Positions 10,601 through 21,134 of a DNA stretch of 64,000 nt are shown here, in pieces (the first letter of the stretch is position 1; every line of letters begins with the position of its first letter). A model generated the notes under the pieces. That model worked only from the letters and a program-made list of their open reading frames with translations. It ran no database searches and had not been told where the DNA came from. The stretch is from Promethearchaeota archaeon. GTDB taxonomy: Archaea; Asgardarchaeota; Lokiarchaeia; Sigyniarchaeales; SOKP01. The position numbers and the translations under genes were made by a program. The stretch is from NCBI GenBank assembly GCA_016840085.1, contig JAEOTA010000012.1, forward strand, positions 96,001 through 160,000. Reading direction: 5' to 3'.

Positions 10601-11203
10601 TTAAAACTTCGCTAATTCTTTGCTTACCTTAAATGAAAAAACGTCATTAACATGGTTTATTAATTCTCTCATAACTCTTTCAAATTCTTTCTTATTTATA
10701 ATTTCTTTATTCTCATCTAAAGATATTAATTTGCAAATTGGATCTAGTCCAATAAGGTATTTATCCAGAATATAGAGTTCTGAAGATCTATACGTTGCTT
10801 TACCCATATCAAGAGGGTGTACATCTTCTTCTTCCTTCTGATTGATCTCAATTCCAATTTTAATCAAAATCTCGGGAAATTTTTGAGATATAAAATGAAT
10901 AAAAGACATTGAACCTGAAAATCTATAATAACCTCTCTTTTTAGTATTCATAAGGTATTTTAGATAACCCTTTACTCTTTTAATAATTTGAATAACTATA
11001 TCTTTTTCATCCCTTTCTTTCTCTTTTCTTTCAATCCCTTTTATAATAAAAGGTAAAATAAGAGCTGTTATAATGCTGAATTGAGTTGTTAGGTTTTGAA
11101 ACAAGGATATAGGAAAAATTATAGATAATATAATTAATATTATTACTATAATAATTAGAGAAAAAACAACCTTATTCTTTAGTAATTCTTTATAGCTTAT
11201 CAT
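10601..11203 (-). CDS. Hypothetical protein with two N-terminal TM helices
   Basis: 200-aa ORF with hydrophobic N-terminus. Confidence 0.7.
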   Translation of the reverse strand: MISYKELLKNKVVFSLIIIVIILIILSIIFPISLFQNLTTQFSIITALILPFIIKGIERKEKERDEKDIVIQIIKRVKGYLKYLMNTKKRGYYRFSGSMSFIHFISQKFPEILIKIGIEINQKEEEDVHPLDMGKATYRSSELYILDKYLIGLDPICKLISLDENKEIINKKEFERVMRELINHVNDVFSFKVSKELAKF

Positions 11204-11442
11204 GTCTTAAATTCCTTATTAAAACTCTTATATGAAGTTTTTCCTCTATAATATCTGCGAACATTCATATGATAGAAAATATTATTACATTCAGAACATC
11301 CTAAGATTTGTATTCTATCACTTTCATCAAAAATTTCAGGTTGTATACCTTCAAAATTAATTTTTATTGCTATTACTTGTTTCTTACATACAGGACATCT
11401 AGCCATCATTCTATATTTATAAAAGCTTATTCTTGAATTCAA
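11200..11442 (-). CDS. Small Zn-ribbon protein
   Basis: CPVC...CSEC; ATGA overlap with the next gene. Confidence 0.65.
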   Translation of the reverse strand: MNSRISFYKYRMMARCPVCKKQVIAIKINFEGIQPEIFDESDRIQILGCSECNNIFYHMNVRRYYRGKTSYKSFNKEFKT

Positions 11443-11513
11443 AATTAATACCTTAATACCTTAATTAATTATTAGATGGTAAAAGCTCTCTTCTTTTCCT
11501 ATATAAGCTTCTA

Positions 11514-11572
11514 GGGTAGCCGATTTTCTGATTCTTTACTTATCACCTGACGGGTTCAGTTCCCGCTACCTG
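11514..11572 (+). ncRNA. tRNA-like element without a D-arm (degenerate tRNA or remnant)
   Basis: GGGTAG/CTACCT acceptor-like pairing, CGGG-TTCAGTT-CCCG T-arm, TGAT/ATCA central stem. Confidence 0.3.
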
Positions 11573-11686
11573 ATATTTATTGATTTTTTGATTTATTAAC
11601 AGTGAAATAAATAAATACTAAATATGCAAAGATAAATTATTTTTTAATAGACAAAAATAGAAAAAAAATAAATAAGTGAAAATAAA

Positions 11687-11836
11687 ATGGTTAGTGGGAT
11701 GGATGTAACAACAGGAAGACTCAATTTAGAAGATAAATTAATTAAATATATCGATAAATTAATTGATAAAAATATGGAAGAAAGTGCCCTTACTACCGAT
11801 GAGCTAGAATTAATAATTAAATATCTTAAAAGATAA
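11687..11836 (+). CDS. Small hypothetical protein (49 aa)
   Basis: MVSGMDVTTGRLNLEDKLIKYIDKLIDK...YLKR*; AGTGA upstream. Confidence 0.45.
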   Translation: MVSGMDVTTGRLNLEDKLIKYIDKLIDKNMEESALTTDELELIIKYLKR

Positions 11837-12046
11837 TAAACAGTTATTTGAAGGATTAATTTCCATATTCTTCGAAAGAATATGAAGGGAAAACTCGAAA
11901 ACATAAAATATGGAGTCCTGAAGCTATCAAAATATTAATAGAAAATATATAATGGAACGATGGGAAAATCAAGTAATAAAAAAATTTAAAGAAAAAGATA
12001 TTAAAACTTAATCTCTGTCTATTATTTATAGATTACTGGAAATCTA

Positions 12047-12712
12047 TTATATCATCATTTTCCAACTTCCTAACCAAGAAATGATTAAAATTATAATAAA
12101 AAAAATAATTAATGATAAAAATAATAAACCACCAACTAGAATTTGCAAAATAATAGAGGTAATAATTAATAGCATTAAATAGATAATTGAAACCATTCTA
12201 ACAGTTAAACAAGCAAGAATATTAACTCTTTTATGGTACTTTATCATAAAGTATGGATTTTTTACGAGTCTAATCCAAGTTGGATTCTTTAATTCTTCAA
12301 TTAATTCGTTTTCAAATTTTGATTTATTTTTTTTCTCATTACTCAGTTTTTTATATCTCCTGCCTATTTTTTTTTCTAATTTTTTTTTGCTACTATAGAT
12401 CCATAGATATCTCTTAACTTCACTGATATCAGTTATACTCTCTTGATTTCTTAAAAGATCTTCAATGAGGTTGCTTTGTACAATATTATATCGTTGGAAT
12501 TGTTTGAATAATCCATCCAAGATCCAAAATGTAATGATTAGAAAAAAAGGTACCAAATAAGCAAGCTCATCTTTTAATTGTACAAAAATGAAAATCATTA
12601 CTGCAGACCAGGCAGTAATAGCCCAGCCTTTTGTTGTCATTGAAAATTTATCCCATTTATTAATATTATCTTGAAGTATTTTATTTTTTTCTTTTAATTC
12701 TTCGTTATTCAT
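12047..12712 (-). CDS. 4-TM membrane protein, possibly a defence-associated effector
   Basis: SxxxKGWAIT...FWILDGLF..QR pattern recalled from membrane proteins encoded beside TIR-like genes. Confidence 0.55.
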   Translation of the reverse strand: MNNEELKEKNKILQDNINKWDKFSMTTKGWAITAWSAVMIFIFVQLKDELAYLVPFFLIITFWILDGLFKQFQRYNIVQSNLIEDLLRNQESITDISEVKRYLWIYSSKKKLEKKIGRRYKKLSNEKKNKSKFENELIEELKNPTWIRLVKNPYFMIKYHKRVNILACLTVRMVSIIYLMLLIITSIILQILVGGLLFLSLIIFFIIILIISWLGSWKMMI

Positions 12713-13151
12713 TGTTTAAACACGAAACTGATAATTATTTTTTCATCCTTATATACAATATAGCAACCTATTCATTTTAATTTCATTTTTTTTTAAGGAA
12801 TTAAAATTTTTATAATAGTCTTGGATTAAAAAAATTAGATTCTAAACTTTTGTGAATCATTGCTCCCACAGTAGCCATAGCCACCACCTTAACCCAGTAT
12901 AACCAATATATATAATTATTTTTCCAAATTTATAGCATATTTGAAACACTCAAATTGTTCTGATAAGCTTTTTTATTTTAGCCAAAATAATTTACTAATT
13001 CTAAAATCTTTACCAGTTCATACCAGCATAAACCAGCTCACATAAACTATTAATAGCTTTTGATGTCAATGTGAACTTTCATAGTAGAAAAGACTAGCAT
13101 ATAACCACAACTGCCCCAGTTTCATGCGTTCTCTCATCTCCTACACTTCTT

Positions 13152-13730
13152 TTACCTCTTAAATATATAAAAAAAATTATGGCCTTTAATTTCAATAATT
13201 TGGATTTCAGCTCCATGGAAGATGATGATCTCTTTCTCATCTAACCCGTAAGTAAATTCACAATTTTTTAATAAAGTTAGAGTCCAATTAACATCTCTCT
13301 TAAAAATTGTCCCAGCTATTAGATATTCATTATTTAAATTCATCTCATTATGTGAATGCAAAGCATCCTTACTCCATACCCACAATTCTGGAAAATTTCT
13401 TTGAAACATGAAATATTCATTTTCTCTTAAATCCCTGAGAAAGACTTTTACATTAGGTATATCCAAAAAACTATAAATCTTAAATGGCTCAGGAAAGTAA
13501 TGGTATCTGTCAATTAAAACATTTACTTGTTCTGTAATCTCATCTTCAAGCGTCTTCATAGCTTCAAATTTGGATATTTTTTTAGTATAAACAAGAGCTT
13601 CTACATGGGTCTTGATTTGATCTGGATAAAATTTCTTCCATTCTTTTAAAAATTGAGGTAGATAATCTTTTATCTCTTCTGGATTTTGCACAATTATATC
13701 TAATAATTTTGGATTTTTGTCTTTTACCAT
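13152..13730 (-). CDS. Putative ADP-ribosyltransferase-fold protein (paralog of 55850-56452)
   Basis: FKIY, WVWSKD, DVNWTLTL, YGLDEKEIII (ExE). Confidence 0.45.
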   Translation of the reverse strand: MVKDKNPKLLDIIVQNPEEIKDYLPQFLKEWKKFYPDQIKTHVEALVYTKKISKFEAMKTLEDEITEQVNVLIDRYHYFPEPFKIYSFLDIPNVKVFLRDLRENEYFMFQRNFPELWVWSKDALHSHNEMNLNNEYLIAGTIFKRDVNWTLTLLKNCEFTYGLDEKEIIIFHGAEIQIIEIKGHNFFYIFKR

Positions 13731-13850
13731 GGTTCAGTTAACCTCTCTACAGTCTTCTTTTTTTATTTAGTATTTTACCTTTCTATACACTACTTCATCT
13801 TTTTTTTGAGAAATTGTGTTATTTTTATACATGTCCTCAATTTTTCCATA

Positions 13851-14045
13851 TTATAATTCTTCTAGTATCTTTCTCATATTTTTTTGAAGTAGTCCTTCTA
13901 AGTACTGTTTTACAGTCGTGTGGCCTAATTCGGGGTGAAGAGTTATATATCTTTCAATAAGCTTTACTGAGTCATTATCAAGTTCCACAGACACTATTTC
14001 AAACTCATTATCAATATTAGACATATCCAAATTATTTTCAACCAT
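13851..14045 (-). CDS. Ribbon-helix-helix protein
   Basis: IVSVEL...IERYITLHPELGHTTVKQYL; similar to 17280-17480. Confidence 0.65.
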   Translation of the reverse strand: MVENNLDMSNIDNEFEIVSVELDNDSVKLIERYITLHPELGHTTVKQYLEGLLQKNMRKILEEL

Positions 14046-14062
14046 ATATTTCTAACCTATAA

Positions 14063-14605
14063 TTAATCTTTATCTTCTTTTTTTTCAAATAGATCTTTCA
14101 GAAATTTCTTAATTTTTGAAATATTGCAAAAATCTTCAATAATATAATAATCTCCCGCTACAAGATCATCCCCTATTATATTCCACTGCCATTGAATGGC
14201 TTTTCTAATAAATACCTCTGGTGTATAATGAATTTCTTCTGAAATCTCTTTAATCACAGTATGATATTTGTGGCCTATTTTTACAGAGATGTTTTTTATC
14301 TTCATTTCAGCTTTATTTAAGGAATCACATGTATTATTCTCAGAATTATTAAAAATCTCATCAAAACAAAAATAATAATAAGGTAAGAGTTCATAGTCCT
14401 CACTCTCGACTTCAGATTTTAGATCATAAAAATGATAAGATAATAGCTTATTAATTAAAATATCGTAGGAAATTTGGAATCTTTCAATGAATTTGTTTAT
14501 TTTACCGACTAAATTCTCTGGAAATGATATTGTATATTCGATATTTTTATTATTCTCTGTTGAAAGAGAATCATTATAACCGTCAATTTCATTTGGATTT
14601 ATCAT
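14063..14605 (-). CDS. Protein with two RHH-like repeats
   Basis: YTISFPENLVGKINKF and ISVKIGHKYHTVIKEI...PEVFIRKAI. Confidence 0.55.
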   Translation of the reverse strand: MINPNEIDGYNDSLSTENNKNIEYTISFPENLVGKINKFIERFQISYDILINKLLSYHFYDLKSEVESEDYELLPYYYFCFDEIFNNSENNTCDSLNKAEMKIKNISVKIGHKYHTVIKEISEEIHYTPEVFIRKAIQWQWNIIGDDLVAGDYYIIEDFCNISKIKKFLKDLFEKKEDKD

Positions 14606-14816
14606 TAATATTTTATTTTATTTGATATTATTATATATATTTTTTTTATGTATAAATTCATAATGAATTTCTATAATATTTAAGTATTATGATTCGAATT
14701 TTTTTCTTTATATAAAAAATAATTTGTAAAATGTTTTTTTTAGACTTTAATAAATATATAAAAATAATATGATTTAGAAGAAGTTAAAATAATATTAAAC
14801 AAATATAAATATAATT

Positions 14817-15140
14817 ATGGAAAAAGATTTTGATATAAAACTAAGATTTAAAGCATCCCCAGCTAAATCTGGAGACCAATATCATTTTAATATCCCAGCT
14901 TATTTAATAAGAAATAAAAAAATTAATCCCGATAAAGAATATTGGGTCGATTTTATTGAAAAGACAAAAGATATAAAAAAAGATAATACTCCTATTAGGC
15001 AAGTATTACCATATAAAGCTTCCCCTGCTAAAGGAGGAGGGCAGCAATATCGATTTACTATTCCAACATTCTTGATTAAGAATAATTATTTTGACCCAGA
15101 TAAGAATGTAGAATATTGGGTATACTATTCAGAAGTTTAA
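14817..15140 (+). CDS. Tandem AbrB/SpoVT-like DNA-binding protein
   Basis: Two internal repeats of KASPAKxG.QYxFxIP..LI.N....PDK..EYWV. Confidence 0.7.
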   Translation: MEKDFDIKLRFKASPAKSGDQYHFNIPAYLIRNKKINPDKEYWVDFIEKTKDIKKDNTPIRQVLPYKASPAKGGGQQYRFTIPTFLIKNNYFDPDKNVEYWVYYSEV

Positions 15141-15446
15141 AAAAATAAAGTAAATCGATAATTCGAACTTATTCTGTCTTGATTTCCTTTATATTGCTAA
15201 TTTTTAAATAACTCCTAAGATTATCGAACGTGATGGTAGTTTAGGAGTCACCCTCGAATTTTGGTTTACTGAAGATGTGAGAATTAAAGAACATGACAAC
15301 TACCAAGCTGAATTTAGAAAACTTAAATCTCCCCCCATATAATATTTTCTCTTTTCATAACTTCCCGTAAATTATATCCATGTAGTTCAAGAGAATTATA
15401 GAAATCAAAAAAAAAAAATTTTAATATTTAAATTACTTCAGTATCT

Positions 15447-16448
15447 TTAGTCTTTGTGATATTTCGGCATACAATGTTTACATCCATCGAATTTATACTT
15501 AATTGCTTTTTTTGCTATGTTCAGCTTTTCAATATACATTTTATTTTCTTCTTTAATTAAACGTAGATTGCATAATGGAGTTAAATTCTGCATATCATGT
15601 ATCTCATTAGTGTTTGAATTAACTAAGTATTTTAGTTCAATCGGTGGTGTATTGGGATATCCATTTTGATAAATTTGGTCGATCTCTTTTTTATCTGCCT
15701 TTGCTTCTGAACTTTTAAGTTCAAGTATAGTTTTCTGTTCTTCTTTTGAAATAGGTCTTTCAAAGTCTTTGATTTTTACCTCATTTAACACATTTTTCAT
15801 CCGTTCCTTAATAACTTCAGGATCAGAATCCTTAATATCTTCATATACTTGAAAAAGTGAGTTTGATGCCTCTTTGATAAAGTCTCGTGGAACCAATTTT
15901 AAAATTATTGATCTACTATTTTCTAACTGACGAAACTCTTCCCACTTATAAGCAAATTTATCACATACAGCTTTACACGTATATATAACAGGAACAAATA
16001 TTGGAATGAATCCCAAAAACCATCTGATATACCATCTATTAAAATCCAAAGCGTGATCATAGCCCCACATCGTTGCAAGTATATCTTCAAGAGAAAATTT
16101 CATCTTAAACCAAGGAAGATTACCAATCGCTTCCTGAAATACCTCCCAACCAGAACCTATAAAAAAAGCCACATCCCGTGATACAAGTGCCCTTCGCATT
16201 CTACATCCTACAAACCCGTGAGCCCATTTATCATGCCATTTTTCGTGTCTTGGTACATATAAATTCGTAGCAATAGCTGCTTCAGTTGCAATCAATAAGC
16301 CCCATCCAATTGAGAACGGATCTAATGTTCTATACTGAATAGGAACTGTTCTTACTGAGATATTAAGTCTTGTCTTTCCTATTTGACCATAAGTCAAATC
16401 TGATCTTAAATCCTCATCTTCTTCTAGAACTTGCATAGAACCTCCCAT
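15447..16448 (-). CDS. Hypothetical protein with C-terminal His/Cys metal-binding module
   Basis: YLVNSNTNEIH...C...FDGCKHC, resembling Ada-type Zn-binding tails. Confidence 0.65.
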   Translation of the reverse strand: MGGSMQVLEEDEDLRSDLTYGQIGKTRLNISVRTVPIQYRTLDPFSIGWGLLIATEAAIATNLYVPRHEKWHDKWAHGFVGCRMRRALVSRDVAFFIGSGWEVFQEAIGNLPWFKMKFSLEDILATMWGYDHALDFNRWYIRWFLGFIPIFVPVIYTCKAVCDKFAYKWEEFRQLENSRSIILKLVPRDFIKEASNSLFQVYEDIKDSDPEVIKERMKNVLNEVKIKDFERPISKEEQKTILELKSSEAKADKKEIDQIYQNGYPNTPPIELKYLVNSNTNEIHDMQNLTPLCNLRLIKEENKMYIEKLNIAKKAIKYKFDGCKHCMPKYHKD

Positions 16449-17279
16449 CTAAGTTGTTACTTAATTTTGCCTTTAAAGTAAAGATTGCACAAATTAAACA
16501 GATAACTTATTATTTAACATTTTTGTAAAATGATCACATAAAATGATACTCCATATATTAAAAAGTGATTCTTAAAAGTAGGTAAATTCTACAATATTAA
16601 GATGCCATAACTTTGCTTATTTTACTTTGCATTACTTTGCCTACTCACATATTCAACGTGATAAAATTTGCAGCATTACATCTGAAGGAAATTTTGTCCT
16701 AAGATTCTTCCTGTAAATTAGCCTAATAATTTCTTTTTTCTGGACATATATGAGAAAATTTATTTCTACAACGTGAATTTATATATGGCTAATTGTTAAT
16801 AATTATAATTATATTAACAAAATGGGAAGGAAGATTACAAGAAAACTTCACAACCTACAATAAAGTCAAACGTGTAGGTTTTGGAATTTCATAGAAATTT
16901 CTAATTCTTATAAATAATTTTAAGGTTCTGAGCGTCATATGGTTCTCTGATCAATATCATAAAAAGTACCCCGTATTTTAATTGTTGATATAGATAAAAA
17001 ACCAATACTTATCACATGCACGGCTTTCTAAATATAAGAAATTTAGCGGATTTTACAAATTAATCATACCTAAAAATAAAAAAAACAAGTAGCGAAAATT
17101 ATATAAAGGGTTTCATCCTAGTATTCTAAAATAAGAGAGTTTTATACTGTATTTTATAGATTATAATATGAAAAGTTAATATATGTCCTGTTAACATATT
17201 TAAATAAACAAATAGGTTATTTAATTTTTGAAAATACAAAATTAAGGATAAAAGAGAATAAAATTCTTCATGGTGATAT

Positions 17280-17480
17280 ATAACGACTGCCAAGAAAGAG
17301 ACCCAAAAAAGGAAAAATAAGTATGATCTTAAAATACCTTATGAGATGTCTCTAGTCATACGAAAATATATTGAAGAGCATAAGGAATTAGGATATTCAA
17401 ATGTTAGTCAATATCTAAATGAATTAATCCGCATGGATGTGAAAAGGATATTAAAATTAGAAAAAGAGGAAGAAAAATAA
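17280..17480 (+). CDS. Ribbon-helix-helix protein (66 aa, ATA start inferred; absent from the ORF track)
   Basis: GGTGAT then ATA; YDLKIPYEMSLVIRKYIEEHKELGYSNVSQYLNELIR. Confidence 0.7.
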   Translation: MTTAKKETQKRKNKYDLKIPYEMSLVIRKYIEEHKELGYSNVSQYLNELIRMDVKRILKLEKEEEK

Positions 17481-17516
17481 TAACCTAATTTTTTATTTCT
17501 ACGTATCATAACACAC

Positions 17517-19697
17517 TCATTTTCTTGTTGCGCTCTCCCAATCATTCCAAAATCTTTCTAATTTTTGAAGCCCGAATTTACTAATAAAGGAGATTTCATC
17601 AAAAACCTCAACTAACGAGGCTTTTGAATATCTCTCTATCTTTGCCATCATCTCAAAAAATTGTTTATAAATGTTGAGATAGCGCCAAAAAGTTTGCTTG
17701 TCCAATTTTTCATGTTTAGTAAGTTTTTGTATAGCTTTACAATCATAAAGGTTTTCTCCTTTTAATGCGTCCCAATCATCCGTATCAGGATTATATTGAA
17801 AGAGAGTATCAATATCACCAGAGGAGTTGATTTCAGCTACTTGAATGACTTTTCTCTTGCTGGTGTTGGAATCTTTTTTCATCAAAACAATTAAGTCTAA
17901 ATCATTAAAGCATGAAGAATCAATCTTAAAATGGTGTAAAAAGCGATTAATCAGAGATTCGATATTATTACAGTGAATTGTTTGGAATCCTCTTAATCCT
18001 GCTGAAAGACAATGAAACATGGCTTTAGCTTCTTCTTCAGTTAAAATTTCTCCAAGATAAATTATATCAGGAGATCGATGTAATAATTTCTTTATTAGAT
18101 TACTTTTTGAATATTTTATATCTACATCATCGTCTAGTGAATCTACTTTATATTTTAATTGATGTTTGTCTAAATCGTCTTGGTTTGACGATTCGATAGC
18201 ATTTTCTATGTATATTTTTCTAAATTCTTTAGGCGCTATTAAATCCAATGCATTAATTAAAGTCGTTTTCCCAGTATCAGTCTCACCCGTCACAGTAATA
18301 TTATTTCTTTTTAAGATGTTAAAATAGAGAAAAGAGGCAATGAGGGGATTCAAAGTGTTATTCTGAACTAAATCTTGAATAGTAAAAATATTTTTATTAA
18401 GTTTTCTTATATCTAAAGAAAATCCCGATGCATGAATAGGAGCTATATCTACCGCGATTCTGCAAAAGAAAAGGTTATTCTTCATAACAAATTTAATGCT
18501 TGGATTAGAATAGTCTAACCGTTGCCCGCTATAAAAACGGCAAAAAGTTTTTAATCTTTCAATCTCGTTCTCATTAAATCTGATATCTGTACGACACCTA
18601 CCATGTATACGATGATTAATATAGACATATGATATATCAGAATCTAAAAAAATCTCTTCTATGAAGTCATCAATCAAGAAAGGAAATAATTTTGCAAGGT
18701 CTATAGCATCAAAAGTAGCTAATAAACTTATCCTCTCTTTCTCGTCATCAGAGACATGATACTTTCCGCTAATATAATCAATTCCTTCATTTTTATATTT
18801 TTGAATAAGTTCTTCAAAGGTTATTAAACCCTCAATCTTAAATGAATCGATAAGATGATTCTTGACGTCTTTTGCAATTTTTTTAAAGAACTGTTCTTCG
18901 CCTTTAGTCTGAAAAGTGAGATTAACTTCATATAACTTCTCAAATGCATGCGTATCATAAATTCGGATCTTAAATAATTGATGTTCCCCTATTAAATAAT
19001 TATCAATTAATCCAAATCTTTCTTTTGAATGAAGATCCTTTTTTGTCTTCTTTTGTGATTGACTAGAAATATTTTGAGTTGAAAATAACTCTCTATGAAA
19101 TCGTAAATAAGAAGGATATTGATTATGTTTTTTACAGAAGGTTATATATTCATTAATAATTCTTTGTTCTTTTAAGACTCTTAGAAAAGTCGTAAATTTA
19201 GCCTTTAATTCTTTTTGACATGTAAAACAAGCAGCATTATTTACTTCTTTACTCTTTATCAGTTTGTATCTCATTTGAATAAGCTCGAAGAGTCCAATTG
19301 GATCATGAAAATCGATCTTGGCAGGACGTACACCTGAATAAAAATCAGAAAACAGAACACATCCCATATCGTTTTTAATACATCCTTTACTGAAATCGAA
19401 ATCTATGAGCTCAAAAGAATCTTTAATCTGTTTAGTCTTTTTGAAATATTCCAAGAATAACTCAATACTATCTTTCGTTATTGTAAACTTCTCAGTTCCC
19501 AACGATAAAGATTCAAATTTTTTTCCTTTAATCTTATGTAATATCGCTAAGAAACATTGGATACATTTTGTATTTTTTAATATTACCCCTGTATATTTTG
19601 GACAATTCTTACAATCAACTATAACCAATCGTTCTTTTTTACCTTGAAAATTCTCTCTTTCTTGAAATATGACTAAATCTGATGTTTTAAGGGTCAT
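17517..19697 (-). CDS. Type II/IV secretion ATPase (VirB11/CpaF/FlaI family) with Cys-rich N-terminus
   Basis: Walker A GETDTGKT, Asp box IENAIE, Walker B RSPDIIYLGEI, His box FQTIH, SLDIRK. Confidence 0.92.
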   Translation of the reverse strand: MTLKTSDLVIFQERENFQGKKERLVIVDCKNCPKYTGVILKNTKCIQCFLAILHKIKGKKFESLSLGTEKFTITKDSIELFLEYFKKTKQIKDSFELIDFDFSKGCIKNDMGCVLFSDFYSGVRPAKIDFHDPIGLFELIQMRYKLIKSKEVNNAACFTCQKELKAKFTTFLRVLKEQRIINEYITFCKKHNQYPSYLRFHRELFSTQNISSQSQKKTKKDLHSKERFGLIDNYLIGEHQLFKIRIYDTHAFEKLYEVNLTFQTKGEEQFFKKIAKDVKNHLIDSFKIEGLITFEELIQKYKNEGIDYISGKYHVSDDEKERISLLATFDAIDLAKLFPFLIDDFIEEIFLDSDISYVYINHRIHGRCRTDIRFNENEIERLKTFCRFYSGQRLDYSNPSIKFVMKNNLFFCRIAVDIAPIHASGFSLDIRKLNKNIFTIQDLVQNNTLNPLIASFLYFNILKRNNITVTGETDTGKTTLINALDLIAPKEFRKIYIENAIESSNQDDLDKHQLKYKVDSLDDDVDIKYSKSNLIKKLLHRSPDIIYLGEILTEEEAKAMFHCLSAGLRGFQTIHCNNIESLINRFLHHFKIDSSCFNDLDLIVLMKKDSNTSKRKVIQVAEINSSGDIDTLFQYNPDTDDWDALKGENLYDCKAIQKLTKHEKLDKQTFWRYLNIYKQFFEMMAKIERYSKASLVEVFDEISFISKFGLQKLERFWNDWESATRK

Positions 19698-19699
19698 TG

Positions 19700-19963
19700 T
19701 TATCTATCTCCATACATATAATCATATTCTCTTTTTACGGTAGGATCTTTTTCTATAGCAGACTCCATTTTAATCCTCTGAAGCATTTTGGGAGCATCAG
19801 CTAGAGATTCTAAGATATAAGTCTGTTTTTCTATTTCTGAAAATTTCATCTTATAACCACATTTGATACATTTAATTTTTTCAATCCTTTTTAGAACATA
19901 GCGCCAAGTTTTACACTTTGGACATTGGAAAAAAAATGCAGGTGTTTTAAACATTATTTTCAC
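19700..19963 (-). CDS. Small Zn-ribbon protein (DUF1922-like)
   Basis: CPKC...KCIKCG. Confidence 0.7.
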   Translation of the reverse strand: MKIMFKTPAFFFQCPKCKTWRYVLKRIEKIKCIKCGYKMKFSEIEKQTYILESLADAPKMLQRIKMESAIEKDPTVKREYDYMYGDR

Positions 19964-19972
19964 ACCCCATAA

Positions 19973-21091
19973 CTAAAATAGATCTATTATATTTTGTTTT
20001 ATAAAATATTCATAATTAAAGATTCTAACATTTGGCAACTCCATCAATTTCTTTCTGTTTATTATTTTGGAATATTCTTTATCATTAATAACTAAAATTA
20101 CTATGTTATATTTCGGATAAAGTTGATCAAAGACTCTTGTAAGTAGTTTATAATCAACTGTGTCAAATATTAGAAACATAAACTTATCATTAATTAAAAA
20201 TGATCTATTACTTAATCTACGATAAGAAAGTCCATCTAAGATGAGCAATTTCTCAATTTCAGCATTTATTTTTGTAAAATCTCTTTTTTCTTTACTAAGA
20301 GGGTTTGAATAAAACATTTGCTCTATATCTGTATAGGTAAGATAATTATTGGAAATATCTAACCGCCATAAGATTTTATAACAATCATTAAGCGCTAAAG
20401 CAAACGAATCTACTAAGCCACATTCAAAAAAACTATTAATCTCATATTCAAGGTTATATTCATCCCTGATATTATTTTTTTGATCGACAAAATATCCCGA
20501 AATAACCATTTGAGAATCCTTTATCATACAATTAAAAATTAAAAAACCTTGGCGTTTAAACCGTTTAATCAAATTTGTAAACTCATAAAGAAAATTTACT
20601 TTTTTTTCTAATTCATATAGATCCAACGCATAAATATCCAATATATTTAAAAATCGCTCATTCTCTATGATAAATGAGTTTGTTGATTTTAACCTATGAA
20701 TTTTGGAATTAAGATTTGTAAAACCTATTTCAAGAAAATGAAGTTCTAATTTTTTCCCATCTAGGAATATGGCAGGAATTTGCGATTCCTCAACAAACTT
20801 GGTCTTTAGGACGTTGAGAACGGCTAAAATATTTTTTTTTTCGGCGTCCATAAAACATAGAACGATATATGATTCAATCTTATTGGTTATAGATATTTGA
20901 ACTGAGAAATAATGGAGCTTCTCTTTTTGTACTAAATGTTTCAGTATAGGAAGAGCTGTATGATAATTAAAGGCCTTTATGATTGAAAAGGCAATAATCT
21001 TATTAGATCTGTTAAGACTTGTATAACAAATTAAATTATCTTCAATTTCAAATGTTCCAAGTTTATAACATCCTTTTTTTATGTATGCCAC
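19973..21091 (-). CDS. Hypothetical protein in the transfer/pilus operon
   Basis: 372-aa ORF, tightly packed and co-oriented. Confidence 0.8.
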   Translation of the reverse strand: MAYIKKGCYKLGTFEIEDNLICYTSLNRSNKIIAFSIIKAFNYHTALPILKHLVQKEKLHYFSVQISITNKIESYIVLCFMDAEKKNILAVLNVLKTKFVEESQIPAIFLDGKKLELHFLEIGFTNLNSKIHRLKSTNSFIIENERFLNILDIYALDLYELEKKVNFLYEFTNLIKRFKRQGFLIFNCMIKDSQMVISGYFVDQKNNIRDEYNLEYEINSFFECGLVDSFALALNDCYKILWRLDISNNYLTYTDIEQMFYSNPLSKEKRDFTKINAEIEKLLILDGLSYRRLSNRSFLINDKFMFLIFDTVDYKLLTRVFDQLYPKYNIVILVINDKEYSKIINRKKLMELPNVRIFNYEYFIKQNIIDLF

Positions 21092-21134
21092 AATTTAGAG
21101 TGTCTCATTTAATAATTTTAAACTCCATGGAAAT

